The notes: generated by a model from the letters alone, not told the origin. Counted from the stretch's first letter, positions 40,559-53,587 are shown. The stretch: DNA of 64,000 nucleotides from Eledone cirrhosa (GCA_964016885.1 OZ024740.1:42222001-42286000), one strand, 5' to 3'. Program-made: numbers and translations.

Positions 40559-40749
40559 TCTCTGAGTAAGTTCTGTTTAAATTTCTATAGAAATTCTTGT
40601 CTGATAACTTTAATTTTTGTACCATTTTGTAGAGGGACTGCCAGGTCAAACTTTGATCTGGTCAGTCTCTCAAAATATTCTACGCCTTTAGGCGAAATAG
40701 TTAAACAAAAAAAAAAGTTTTTTCTTGTTGAAAAGTCAATATTTTTTAA

Positions 40750-42543
40750 ATGGCCGAAGCTTCTTCACCAAAATTCGAAGGAGGAAAGGGGAAGATGAAC
40801 TTACAGCTTCCCCCTGCCACTGTCACAGTAGCAGAGGTCAAGAAGAAAGGTCAGCCAGAGGAAGAATTCTCTCCACCTGTTAACCGACAACTTGACGTTG
40901 CCATGGCAACAACCCAAAGAACCAGCAGCAACAGCAACAACAACAACAATGCGACGGACGAAAACAACACCAATAACAATAACAATAACAACAACAACAA
41001 GACCAATAACGGTGACAACAACAACAATGATAACAACAACACCACCAACGACAACAACAACACAAACAAACAAAATTTCTCCTTCGCCGAGACGACAAGG
41101 AAAACCCTCGACTATCTGCCAGTAGATATAACAAAAGCGAAGGAGCTACTGGCGGATGCGAAAAAATATATAGTGTACGGGGAAAATGGTTCATTCACAA
41201 TCCATTCCCCCCCGGAACTAAAAAGCCAGAGACTCCTAAACACGGTCATGTTTAGGACAATCTCGAACAAAAGTAAAAAACCAGCTCAACCATCACAGAG
41301 CGAGATAGAGCTGGTTTTAAAAGACGTCATGAAGGACATCACCTTCATTCAGAAGGATAGACTCTACGGGAGTCTATCCATTCTCATGAAGGACAGGGAC
41401 ACAGCAGTGAAACTGTCCATCAAACCAATCGCATCCACCGCATACACCTTCTACCCTACGTACATGGGTAGAAGAACACAAAAAATAAAAATCCACACCA
41501 TCCTGCCGATTATGGACATATGGTGGGTTTTGACAGGTTTTCTGGACCTGGAGGATGACATGCTGGTGTCCATGGGAAAGGCATCGGGTGACGCGTTCAG
41601 TGGAACGAGCCTCGAACTTGTAGTTCAAATGAGGCCCGAAAGGATCGCCCAGATCCCTGAACGCGTCATACTGGATGATCTAACCTTCATCAACATTACC
41701 GTTGAGGGTAGACGGCCCTCGTGTTACCTCTGCGGAACCAGAGGTCACCTGAGGGCTGTCTGTCCCCAACTTAATAAGAAAACCCCAATCCTGCCTACAC
41801 CACCAACAACTGCACAACCAACACAATCACCACAACTACCACTACAAAAACGACCACCACAGCTCAAACCAAAACAAAACAATGTCCAACCCATCCCCTC
41901 CACTCAAAAAACAAAAACAATTTCCAAAACACCCGTACCGCAAACACAACCCGAAAATATACCCCTCCCCTCCAACGCGGAAGATGACCCTAGTTCGTCG
42001 TCAGACGAGGAGGAGCACTTCCACACAATCAAAAGAAAAAAAAGAAAACACACCTCAGACACACAAATGAAAAAAACCCCTCCCCAAAACATAACACTGA
42101 CACCAACACAAAAGAGCTCACAACAACAGCAAACAAAAAACACCACACAAAAACAAAAACATGCATACACATACATAAATACAAGAAACAAAAAACTGTT
42201 AAACATTGTGTACAACAACAATCTAATAAAAACACAAGGGCCTAACTTCACCCAGGCAGGGGATTTCCCCCACCTCAAAATGATTAAGGCCCCACAGGAC
42301 ACCTATAAAACTTTAAAAAACAATTTTAAAGAGGACGTGGGTCCCCCCTGCGTTGGGCCCATTAACCGCGTCCTCCTAAAAAACTATCCCACCCCCTCCC
42401 CAAACACCCATACAACTCCAAGCTCCCCAACCACACAACACACTGATGCCCCCACACTTCCACAAACCACCACCCCACCCAACAACCCATCCTCCACCCT
42501 AATGGAAATTGTGCAGCCCGATACCCGGGACGCAGAGAGGTAA
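40750..42543 (+). CDS. Tx1 ORF1 (gag-like, CCHC knuckle, Asn/Pro/Thr-rich low-complexity regions)
   Basis: 597-aa open frame; [14 protein letters not shown]. Confidence 0.9.
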   Translation: MAEASSPKFEGGKGKMNLQLPPATVTVAEVKKKGQPEEEFSPPVNRQLDVAMATTQRTSSNSNNNNNATDENNTNNNNNNNNNKTNNGDNNNNDNNNTTNDNNNTNKQNFSFAETTRKTLDYLPVDITKAKELLADAKKYIVYGENGSFTIHSPPELKSQRLLNTVMFRTISNKSKKPAQPSQSEIELVLKDVMKDITFIQKDRLYGSLSILMKDRDTAVKLSIKPIASTAYTFYPTYMGRRTQKIKIHTILPIMDIWWVLTGFLDLEDDMLVSMGKASGDAFSGTSLELVVQMRPERIAQIPERVILDDLTFINITVEGRRPSCYLCGTRGHLRAVCPQLNKKTPILPTPPTTAQPTQSPQLPLQKRPPQLKPKQNNVQPIPSTQKTKTISKTPVPQTQPENIPLPSNAEDDPSSSSDEEEHFHTIKRKKRKHTSDTQMKKTPPQNITLTPTQKSSQQQQTKNTTQKQKHAYTYINTRNKKLLNIVYNNNLIKTQGPNFTQAGDFPHLKMIKAPQDTYKTLKNNFKEDVGPPCVGPINRVLLKNYPTPSPNTHTTPSSPTTQHTDAPTLPQTTTPPNNPSSTLMEIVQPDTRDAER

Positions 42544-42567
42544 GTGCCTTTTCTCTTCACCACCAAC

Positions 42568-45500
42568 ATGGCTATGCTAAGAGTAGGCTGTTTAAATGCG
42601 CGTGGCCTGGGCTCAACTTGGAAGCAAGCAATGTTTCTAAATGACCTCAGGTCACAACGTATAGATGTGATGGTTATTTGCGAGGCCCGGATCAGCAACG
42701 TGCGACAGCTGGCCCCCACCTTTGATGACTTTGAGATGCACGCATCTCTCTGTCAGCCCGGAGGTGGGGGTGGAGTTGTCGTTCTGCTGCAAAAACATCT
42801 GGGTCTCGCAACACAGATTGTACATATGGACCCGGAGGGTCGACTAGTGGTTCTGGACCTTGGCAGTGGTAAAGGCGGAGCGTTTAGGTTGGTAGCCGCC
42901 TACGGCCCTTTCGGGTCAATGCGGCCGGACTTCTTCCATCGTCTGGAGACTTTTCTAGGGACGTCCCGCTCCTTGCTATTAGTGGGGGACTGGAATGGTA
43001 TCCTAGATGCACGCTGGGACTACGTAGGGGCCTGCCCCGATAGAGAGGGGTGTAATAGCCTCAAAGGGTTAATCGGTCGATTTGACCTGGCCGATAGATA
43101 TCGACTAGATTTTCCGACTGCGCCAACCTGGACTTGGGCAAATCGTAGCGGATCATCTAGGTCGTACCTAGATAGGTTCTTAGTTAGAATTAAGGATAAG
43201 GACTTTTTAAGTTGTCCAAAAATGCGCATGGTTGGCTATTCAGACCACAAATTAGTGACCTGCATGGTCAACCTTGACAGAACTCATAGACAGGGCCCCG
43301 GTTACTGGAAGCTCAACTTGTCCTTGCCGGCAAGTAGAGCCTACAGGAATCGGATTAGTACGTTAGTTAAGGAACGGTTGACTGGAGCGATCGTCAACAG
43401 CAGGTGGTGGGTATCTCTAAAGAGAGAGATTAGAGTAGTCTCGATAGAATTTAGTAAGGTTCTAGCTGCGGATAGGAATAGGAAGGAAAGGGAGCTAATA
43501 GATAGAGTAGAAGAGGCAATTAGAAGCGGTGACGTGGCCAGAGTGCTAGCGTCGAGAACGGCTTTGAGCCAGTTTTTCGACGCGAAGCACGAAGGCTGCG
43601 TTGTCCGAAGTAAAATACGTGCTCTAGGGAACGAGGGGACCAAAGCTGTTAGCTGGGCCCGCGTGACAGAGGCCAACAGTGGAACTAAATCCACCATCCG
43701 GTCTTTGCGAGACCTGGATGGACGGGCGATTCTTGAGCCTAAGCAGATGTGTGAGGCCTTTCAAAGGCACTTTGCCCGACTGTTCCGGAGGGGCGGGGAG
43801 CCGGTTGGGAACGTGGACTTCGGTCCATACCTCGACGGCCTGCCGCGCCTCTCGGACAGGGAGGCGAAGTCCTGCGAGGAACCGATTTCGGCCGCTGAGA
43901 TAGAGGACGTGCTGAGCCAATGCGGCAAACGCAAATCCCCGGGTCTCGATGGTCTTCCTTACGAATTATATCTAGCTATGCCGGACTTGTTCCCCGATCT
44001 CCTCGAGGCGGTCTACTGCAACTGGCAACAGAACGGGAGAATTCCCTGTACTGTGACCAAGGGCGTAGTCACGCTAGTGAGGAAGGACGAGAACAAGGGG
44101 GACGAAATAAGTAACTTCAGGCCCATAACTCTGCTAAATACAGAGTTACAGATTTTGGCCAAGGTGCTAGCAAAGAGGTTGGCGCTTGTCGTGGGCAACC
44201 TGGTGGGAGATGCGCAGACATGCGCTATCCCGTCCAGGTCCATCCATGACAACCTCCACCTCATGCGATACATCATAGAGAGGGTTGGGAACGAACCCGG
44301 CTTTGGTGGGGCTCTGATCAACTTGGATCAATCTAAGGCGTTCGATAGGGTCGACCATGGTTACCTGGATGCGGTGCTAGCGGCGGCAGGCTTCGGACCC
44401 GTTTTCAGGGGCTGGATCACTGCTATGCACAGCAGCCGCATCTGCTCTAGGGTCAAGGTGAACGGCTACCTCTCGGAGCCGTTCAAAATCGCGCGGTCCA
44501 TCCGACAAGGGTGCCCTCTCTCCTCCCTTCTGTATGTGTTGACTCTCGAGCCACTACTGCGGAAGTTGGAGTTGTTGCAGGGCATCCCTTTGGAACCGGG
44601 ATTGCGGAAAGCGGTGTCGGCCTACGCCGATGACGTGACAGTAATGGTGTCGACGGCCTCCGAAATCGAGGCGGTCGGCACCTTACTGGAGGAGTACGAA
44701 AAGTTCACAGGGGCTAAGCTGAACCGGGACAAGTCGATCGGTTTGCAACTCGGCACGTGGAGGGGCAGACCGATGCCCTCCGATGGGGTCGTCGGACGCT
44801 GGACGGAGGGCCCGGTGAAGTTGCTCGGGGTCTGGTTCGGACCGGACCTCCAGGTGGAGAAAAACTGGGCGGAGGTTACGAACAGGGTGTTTGCACTGAC
44901 CCAGAAGTGGGCCAGTTGCAAACTATCCCTGAAAGGTCGGGCGGAGGTGGCGAACACCTACATAGCGTCCGTCATCTACTACCGCCTGACCGTAGTGCCC
45001 TGCCCAAGGGAAACCCTCACCAAGATGGAGCGCGCGCTCTTCCAATTCCTTTGGAAGAGGCGGGCTCCTATGGTGAGGAGATCCATCTGCTGTCAACACC
45101 CTTCGAAAGGAGGGCTGGGGATGCCGTGGCTAATGATGCGTAAACACGCATTAAGGCTACGGCACCTCTACGTATTCCTCACCGGACAACCGGTGTGGGC
45201 CTCGTTTGTGAGACGAACCTTTCCCAGACTCGTCTCACTCACCGAGCTGCAATCCTGGGTCAAGCAAAGACCGAGAAAACTGGGCGCCTGGTACACTGAG
45301 TGTGCCCAGGCGCTCACCGCCCTCTGGCAGGCGGATCCGGTTATCAGTGGAGACTCCACCGCAACATTCTATAGAGGGCTGGTACGCAGCAGGTGCGACG
45401 ACGCCCTCGGAGAAGCCCTAGACATGGAGGAGGACGAACTGGCCAGCCTGTTCGGTAGGACATTCAGCCCGGGACCTATGGACAACTTCCAGAAGTCCCT

Positions 45501-46009
45501 GGCCTGGCAGTGCTACCGAGGGGCTTTACCCGTTCGAGAAAGGCTCTACAGACACGGGCGCCCGGGTAGGGACCCCGCCAAAAAGATCTGTCCCAGATGC
45601 GTGTGCGACGAGGAAACCGTTGCACACGCATTAGTACACTGCTCGGGCGTAGCCGATCTGTGGGGCTATGTCGAACAACTGCTGTCAAGGGTGGGACCGA
45701 TCCGGTTGACCACCGAGTCTATTGTAATGATCAAGCCGCCCCCCCCCCCCCTTCAAAGATGAAGCAGAGGCGGTGTTTCTGTGCGTAATAGCCATGGCGA
45801 AAGAGGTTGTATGGTGGACGCGTCTGAAAGGACTGAGGTCGGGCACCTTTCTCTCTGGCCAACAACTGGTACGTTTCTTCCGATATCATTTCGGAAGAAG
45901 GATCAGGATGGAGAGAGAGGTGCTGCACCCCAGCCGTTTCTATGAAAGATGGGTGAAAGTGGCGAGAATGGCCCGTGTGAATGGGCCTTCACTCTACATC
46001 AGACTATAG
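42568..46009 (+). CDS. Tx1 ORF2 (APE endonuclease-RT-zinc finger); single frameshift at poly-C 45739-45751
   Basis: LNARGL, GDWN, SYLDRF, SDH; KAFDRV, RQGCPLS, YADD; CPRC..H...C; the duplicate at ~47050 reads ccgccttcccccttc and is in frame. Confidence 0.93.
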
Positions 46010-46284
46010 GTGAGGAAGATGAAAGACCAAGGGAGCACCCCTTCTCTGTGCTCCTGAGGAGAAGGGTTGCACACTTTTTTCGGGGGTGTGTGCGACCCCC
46101 CAAGGCGCCTCCTCTCTATTGAGGATTTTGTTAAAAATTTTATTTTTTGTTATATCTTATTTTATTTTTATATTTTGTTATTGCCTCCTCCTTATTGAGG
46201 ACGCCTTTTTGTGTAAACTCCCCCCTTTGTACTTGTCCCACTTTTGATGCCCTAGTGGCAAATAAAAGAAATATATCTATCTAG

Positions 46285-46683
46285 ATTCGGAAGAAGGATC
46301 AGGATGGAGAGAGAGGTGCTGCACCCCAGCCGTTTCTATGAAAGATGGGTGAAAGTGGCGAGAATGGCCCGTGTGAATGGGCCTTCACTCTACATCAGAC
46401 TATAGGTGAGGAAGATGAAAGACCAAGGGAGCACCCCTTCTCTGTGCTCCTGAGGAGAAGGGTTGCACACTTTTTTCGGGGGTGTGTGCGACCCCCCAAG
46501 GCGCCTCCTCTCTATTGAGGATTTTGTTAAAAAAAATTTTATTTTTTGTTATATCTTATTTTATTTTTATATTTTGTTATTGCCTCCTCCTTATTGAGGA
46601 CGCCTTTTTGTGTAAACTCCCCCCTTTGTACTTGTCCCACTTTTGATGCCCTAGTGGCAAATAAAAGAAATATATCTATCTAG
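46285..46683 (+). mobile_element. Tandem 5'-truncated copy of the Tx1 3' end (~400 bp)
   Basis: Near-identical to ~45889-46284. Confidence 0.92.
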
Positions 46684-46691
46684 GTTGGTTG

Positions 46692-47594
46692 GCTGGTACG
46701 CAGCAGGTGCGACGACGCCCTCGGAGAAGCCCTAGACATGGAGGAGGACGAACTGGCCAGCCTGTTCGGTAGGACATTCAGCCCGGGACCTATGGACAAC
46801 TTCCAGAAGTCCCTGGCCTGGCAGTGCTACCGAGGGGCTTTACCCGTTCGAGAAAGGCTCTACAGACACGGGCGCCCGGGTAGGGACCCCGCCAAAAAGA
46901 TCTGTCCCAGATGCGTGTGCGACGAGGAAACCGTTGCACACGCATTAGTACACTGCTCGGGCGTAGCCGATCTGTGGGGCTATGTCGAACAACTGCTGTC
47001 AAGGGTGGGACCGATCCGGTTGACCACCGAGTCTATTGTAATGATCAAGCCGCCTTCCCCCTTCAAAGATGAAGCAGAGGCGGTGTTTCTGTGCGTAATA
47101 GCCATGGCGAAAGAGGTTGTATGGTGGACGCGTCTGAAAGGACTGAGGTCGGGCACCTTTCTCTCTGGCCAACAACTGGTCCGTTTCTTCCGATATCATT
47201 TCGGAAGAAGGATCAGGATGGAGAGAGAGGTGCTGCACCCCAGCCGTTTCTATGAAAGATGGGTGAAAGTGGCGAGAATGGCCCGTGTGAATGGGCCTTC
47301 ATTCTACATCAGACTATAGGTGAGGAAGATGAAAGACCAAGGGAGCACCCCTTCTCTGTGCTCCTGAGGAGAAGGGTTGCACACTTTTTTCGGGGGTGTG
47401 TGCGACCCCCCAAGGCGCCTCCTCTCTATTGAGGATTTTGTTAAAAATTTTATTTTTTGTTATATCTTATTTTATTTTTATATTTTGTTATTGCCTTCTC
47501 CTTATTGAGGACGCCTTTTTGTGTAAACTCCCCCCTTTGTACTTGTCCCACTTTTGATGCCCTAGTGGCAAATAAAAGAAATATATCTATCTAG
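46692..47594 (+). mobile_element. Second tandem 5'-truncated Tx1 copy (~900 bp)
   Basis: Near-identical to ~45377-46284; ctatctaggttggttgg on both sides. Confidence 0.92.
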
Positions 47595-47603
47595 GTTGGT
47601 TGG

Positions 47604-50600
47604 GATTATATACATAAACATTTCGGTCGAGTGTAGGCGGCCCTCATGCTACCATTGCCTAAGCAGGGGTCACCTGAGAGCTTCCTGTCCTTGGCTAACT
47701 ATCCCCCCAAAACAAGCATTACTGCCAACACCTGCAACACCAGCACAACAATCACCACCACCACCAGAACAACAACAACATAAAAAAATAGTGACAACAA
47801 AACAAAGACAAACACAGTCCCACCCAACCCCTCCCCACCTAAAACAACTCCAGAAACACCCACATACATAACAGCCCCCCAAAATGTACCCCTCCACAAC
47901 AACACAGATGAGGCCTCATCATCGTCACCCAGTGACGATGAGGGAGAGCCTTTCCGACCAGTAAAAAGAAAAAAGAAAAGACATAACACAAACAAAAAAT
48001 GCAACAAACACACAAACACAAACACAAGCGACGCAAACAGCACAGCCCCACCCCTCCTGAAAACAAAACACCTACTACAAAACGTAAACACATACAAGAA
48101 CCACAAACAAAAAGCAACACAACACAACAAAAATGTTACACCTACATAAATACTAACAATACAACTTTAACAGACACCATATATAAAAACCCTTCGGTGG
48201 AGATCGATGGGAAAACATTTACGCACTCTTCGGAGAATCCTAATCTCAAAATGATTAGGATCTCCATGGACACACATAAACAGTTAAAAGAAAAATTTCC
48301 TAACGACATAGGTAACCCCTGCGTCAAACCCTATAACCGCGTCCTTTTGAAATGTTTCCCCATCCCCATCACAGATCCACCACCCCACCTGACACCCCCT
48401 CCCCACCTACACCCCTTCTTCACCAAACATCTCCGTCACCACCCCGCCAGAGACCACCACCCCACCAAACAACCCATCCAACACCCCCATGGCAATTGTG
48501 CAGCCTGGTCCCCAGGAGACGAAGAGGTGAGTGATTTCTTTTCCTCTTCTTTTAACTTTTCAGCACTAACATGGCCAATATAAGAGTTGGATGTGTGAAT
48601 GTACGCGGCCTGGGGTTGCCCTGGAAACTGGGCAAACACTTAAACGACCTCAGGTCGCACAGTATGGATGTAGTAGCCATTTTCGAGTCCAGGATCCACA
48701 GCGAGCGACAACTAGACCCCATCTTCGACGACTTTGAGATCTACGCATTTCTCTGTCAACCGGGAGTTGGGGGTGGGGTTGCCGTTTTGCTGCGGAAACA
48801 CCTGGACCTCGTAACACAGACGGTACATCTGGACCCGGAGGGTCGACTGGTGGTCCTAGACGTTGACGGTAGTGAAGGTGGAGCCTTCAGACTGGTGGCC
48901 GCATATGCTCCATCCGGGACACCGCGGCCAGACTTCTTCAAACGTCTAGAGACTTTTCTGGGAACGTCCCGCTCCCTGAGGTTATTCGGGGGGGGGGGGG
49001 GGGCTGGAATGGAATCCTAGATGCACGTTGGGACTATGTGGGAGCATTTCCCGATAGAGGAGGGTGTAACAGCCTCAAACAGTTAATCGGCCGATTTGAC
49101 CTGGCCGATAGATATCGACTAGATTTTCCAAATGTGCCACTGTGGACGTGGACCAGCCATAGCGTAACATCTAGATCGTAGATAGGCTTCTAGTTAGAAA
49201 GAAGGATAGGGAGATATTAAGCTGTCCACAAATGTTCATGGTTGCCTAGTCAGATCATAAATTAGTGACATGCTTAGTCAACCTTGACAAAACCCATAGA
49301 CAGGGACCCGGCTACTGGAAGCTGAACTTGTCGGTACCGACATGCAAAGCCTACAGTAGACGGATTAGCACTTTAGTTAAGTAGCACTTGATGGGGCCCA
49401 TTGTCAACAACAGATGGTGGTACTCTCTCAAGAGGGCAGTTAGATTAGACTCGATAGGTTTTAGTAAACAATTAGTGTTAGATAGAAATAACACCGAAAA
49501 GGAACTGGTAGATACAGTAGAAGATGCACTTAGGAATGGCAACGTAGCCAGCGTGCTAGCGACGAGAACGGCCTAAAACCAAGCATGAAGGCTGCGTTGT
49601 CAGAAGCAAAATACGTGCTCTAGGAAACGAGGGAGCCAAAGCTGTTAGCTTTGCCCGAGTGACGGAGGCGAAAAGTGGCAACAAATCCACGATTCGGTCT
49701 TTGAAGGACCAAGACGGACACCTGATACGTGAGCCGAAGCAGATGTGCGCGGCCTTTCAGCGGCACTTTGCTCAACTGTTCGGGCAGGGCGGCGCGCCGG
49801 GAGTGGCTGTGGATTTCGGTCCATACCTCGACGGCCTACCGCGACTCTCGGACAGCGAGGCGAAGTTCTCCGAAAAGCCGATTTCGGCCGCTGAGATATA
49901 GGACGCGCTGAGACAATGCTGCAAACGCAAATCTCCAGGTCTAGACGGTCTACCCTACGAATTTTACATAGCAATGCCGGACTTGTTCTCCGGTCACCTG
50001 GAAGCGGTCACTGCAACTTGCAGCAGAACGGGAGAATTCCCAGTTCTGTGACCAAGGGCATAGTCTCGTTAGTCAGGAAGGACGAGAATAAGGGGGATGA
50101 CATAGGCAACTTCCGGACCATAACTCTGCTAAACCCAGAGTTACAGATTTTGGCCAAGGTGTTGGCAAAGAGGCTAGCGCTTGTCGTCGAAAACCTGGTG
50201 GGAGAAGTGCAGACATGCGCAATCCCGACCAGGTCCATACACGACAACCTCCACCTTATGCGATACATTATAGAGAGGGTAGGGTGTAAACCCGGCTTCG
50301 GTGAGGCCCTGATCAACTTGGATCAGTCTAAGGCTGTCGATAGGGGTGACCATCGTTACCTGGATGCGGTGCTCCAGGTGGCAGTCTTCGGACCCGTGTT
50401 CAGGGGCTGGATTGCTGCAATGCACAGCAGCAACATCTGCTCAAGGGTCAAGGTGAACGGCTACCTCTCGGAGCCATTCCATATCACGGGATACATTCGA
50501 CAGGGATGCCCTCTCTCCTACCTTCTGTACGTACTCACTCTCGAGCCACTACTGCGGAAGTTGGAGCTATTGCAAGGCATCCCCTTGGAACCGGGACTGC

Positions 50601-51367
50601 AAAAAGCGGCGTCGGCCTACACCGACGCCGTGACAGTAATGGTGTCCAGCACCTCGCCAATCGGGGAGGTCGGCACCTTACTGGAGGAATACGAAATGTT
50701 CATAGGAGCGAACCTGAATTGGGACAAATCCGTCGGTTTGCAACTCGGAATGTGAAGAGGCAAACCGATGCCTCTCGATGTCGTCGTCGGACGCTGGACG
50801 GAAGGACCGGCAAAGTTGCTCGGGGTCTGGTTTGGTCCGGACCTCCAGTTGGAGAAGAACTGGAACGAGGAGACGGCCAAGGTGTTTGCGCTCACCCAGA
50901 AGTGGGCCGAGTGCAAACTATCCTTGAAAGGTCGAGCGGAGGTGGCGACACGTTTATAGCGTCCGTCATCTTCTACCGCTTGACCATCGTGCCTTGTCCA
51001 GCCAAAACGCTCGCCAAAATGGAGCGCGCGCTCTTCCAATTCCCTTAGAAGAAACGGGCTCCTTTGGTGAGAAGATCCATCTGCTGCCAACACCCTTCAA
51101 ACGGAGGGCTGGGGAGGCCGTGGCTGACGAGGCGCAAACACGCTCTCAGGATGCGGCACCTACACGTATTCCTCACCAGACAACCGGTGTGGACCCCGTT
51201 CGTGAGGCGACCTTCCCACGATTCATCTCGCTGACCGAGCTGCAGTCCTGGGTCAAGCAAAGACCGAGGAAAATGAGCGACTGGCACATCGAATGTGCTC
51301 AGGCGCTCACAGTCCTCTGGCAAACGGACCCGGCGATCAGTGGAGACTCCACTTCGACATTCTATAG
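47604..51367 (+). pseudogene. Older degenerate Tx1 copy (ORF1 C-half to RT C-terminus)
   Basis: CYHCLSRGHLRASC, MANIRVGCVNVRGL, RT with stops/frameshifts and YADD changed to YTDA. Confidence 0.9.
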
Positions 51368-51697
51368 TTCCCCCCAGTGTTGGTCTATCCTCGATGTTGC
51401 AGATGTGCAACGGAAGATTTATGATAAACTATATATATGTGTTTGTGTCTATATTGTATCTGTATTATTTTTGACCGTTGGTCAGTCAATGACAACATTG
51501 AGGACCGAATAAATTAGATTACCGATATAAAAGACACAGAAGCGAAAAGCGAAAACCAACCAAACAGTGAGTGTGTTCTGTTATTAATTCTGGCAATATT
51601 ACACAAATATGACCCTCCCCAAGTATAACAATATTTGTTTCGACACACGATTTCATATCTAAAACCTCGCAAAACTAATTCATCGCCGTTATATATA

Positions 51698-51945
51698 TGC
51701 AAAAGTTCTATTTAAATTGTTGGGATACAACAAGTAAATATTTTTATAACTGATATAAAGCACTCGACAAGTATTTGGAGTAGATATACGATATTAACAA
51801 ATGGAAACTATATTTATAAAACCATATTTATTTCATTATACATATTTCAAGGATACCAAGTATTTAACTTGGTATCCTTGAAATATGTATAATGAAATAA
51901 ATATGGTTTTATAAATATAGTTTCCATTTGTTAATATCGTATATC
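51698..51945. repeat. Family C palindrome folded at hammerhead stem II
   Basis: tttcaaggataccaagt-attta-acttggtatccttgaaa at the centre; CTGATGA half absent. Confidence 0.85.
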
Positions 51946-52039
51946 TATATATATATTTATATAAATGTAAGTATGTATGTATACGTACATACATATATGT
52001 ATACAGACGTACAGTAGCACGCACATATATACACATATA

Positions 52040-52091
<52 letters not shown>

Positions 52092-52277
52092 TATACACAT
52101 ATGCATACAGGTACACATACATATATGTATGTACGTCTGTATACATATATGTATGTACGTATACATACATACTTACATTTAAGTAAGTGCCATACTAAGA
52201 GTGAGAAATGAAATTTCGTTTTCATTTTTTTTCAACTTATCGTTTTCGGTATGCCTGACCGATTTAACTCACTCAAT

Positions 52278-52326
52278 ATGCAAATTAGGCTGCTCAGCCG
52301 TTAATTTTCATAAGGAAAGTATATAC
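52278..52326 (+). promoter_or_regulatory. Octamer (ATGCAAAT) + TATA-like candidate promoter upstream of hammerhead
   Basis: ATGCAAAT 52278-52285, TATATA 52320-52325; repeated at 52815 and (minus) 26166-26173. Confidence 0.4.
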
Positions 52327-52358
52327 TTTCGAACGTTCAACTATCTGGCAGATGGGTA

Positions 52359-52403
52359 AACGGTGCTGATGATAGCTAACAAGCTTGAAACTAGTACATC
52401 GTT
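52359..52403 (+). ncRNA. Minimal hammerhead ribozyme (family G)
   Basis: aacggtg CTGATGA t-agct-aaca-agct-t GAAAC ta GTA catcgtt. Confidence 0.92.
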
Positions 52404-52572
52404 CCTGTGTCAGTGTTGAACAAAAAGGTGACGTGGTTGCCTTAACACCGTATGGCATAAATTCAGGCTGTTCGATTTGTTGATAAACAAACGAACAAAC
52501 CGACGTTATAATAAACATCGGCTAAACTGATGCGTGCATATATGTATGTGTACCTGTATGCATATGTGTATA

Positions 52573-52640
<68 letters not shown>

Positions 52641-52895
52641 TATATGTGTATATATGTGCGTGCTACTGTACGTCTGTATACATATATGTATGTACGTATA
52701 CATACATACTTACATTTAAGTAAGTGCCATACTAAGAGTGAGAAATGAAATTTCGTTTTCATTTTTTTTCAACTTATCGTTTTCGGTATGCCTGACCGAT
52801 TTAACTCACTCAATATGCAAATTAGGCTGCTCAGCCGTTAATTTTCATAAGGAAAGTATATACTTTCGAACGTTCAACTATCTGGCAGATGGGTA

Positions 52896-52940
52896 AACGG
52901 TGCTGATGATAGCTAACAAGCTTGAAACTAGTACATCGTT
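52896..52940 (+). ncRNA. Minimal hammerhead ribozyme (family G), second tandem copy
   Basis: Identical to 52359-52403. Confidence 0.92.
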
Positions 52941-53056
52941 CCTGTGTCAGTGTTGAACAAAAAGGTGACGTGGTTGCCTTAACACCGTATGGCATAAATT
53001 CAGGCTGTTCGATTTGTTGATAAACAAACGAACAAACCGACGTTATAATAAACATC

Positions 53057-53194
53057 TAGCATAGTTACGTCCCTTTACGGTTTGAGTTCAAATCCCGCTG
53101 AGGTTAACTTTGCCTTTCATCCTTACGGGGTCGATAAAATAAAGTACCAGTAATGTACTGGGTAATTGCTGGCCTTGTGCCTAAAGTAGAAACA
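53057..53194 (+). mobile_element. 5'-truncated Meta-type SINE with 15-bp TSD
   Basis: gttataataaacatc at 53042-53056 and 53195-53209. Confidence 0.93.
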
Positions 53195-53254
53195 GTTATA
53201 ATAAACATCGGCTAAACTGATGCGTGCATATATGTATGTGTACCTGTATGCATA

Positions 53255-53306
<52 letters not shown>

Positions 53307-53587
53307 TATATGTGTATATATGTGCGTGCTACTGTACGTCTGTATACATATATGTATGTACGTATACATACATACTTACATTTACGTAAGTGCCAAACTA
53401 AGAGTGAGAAATGAAATTTCGTTTTCATTTTTTTTTCAACTTATATTTATATATATATCAGGAAAGGACCAAATAAAACTAGTTTGACCATTACTCAACA
53501 GAGTACTCGATTCTTGAGTTAGTATGGTTATATTATAAAGAGTCGGGGCTCTAAAACGGCAAGAGCTCATCCATTCCAATCATTTAA

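Larger units (their letters stand above)
40631..46284 (+). mobile_element. Near-intact full-length L1-Tx1 clade retrotransposon
   Basis: 5' hairpin 40631-40671, ORF1, ORF2, 3'UTR ending aataaaagaaatatatctatctag; 5' boundary approximate. Confidence 0.95.
51963..53443 (+). mobile_element. Family G head-to-tail array (537-bp unit, ~2.3 units plus inverted head), retrozyme-like
   Basis: gtacgtctgtatacat starts at 52131, 52668, 53334; hammerheads at 52359 and 52896; SINE inserted at 53057. Confidence 0.88.
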
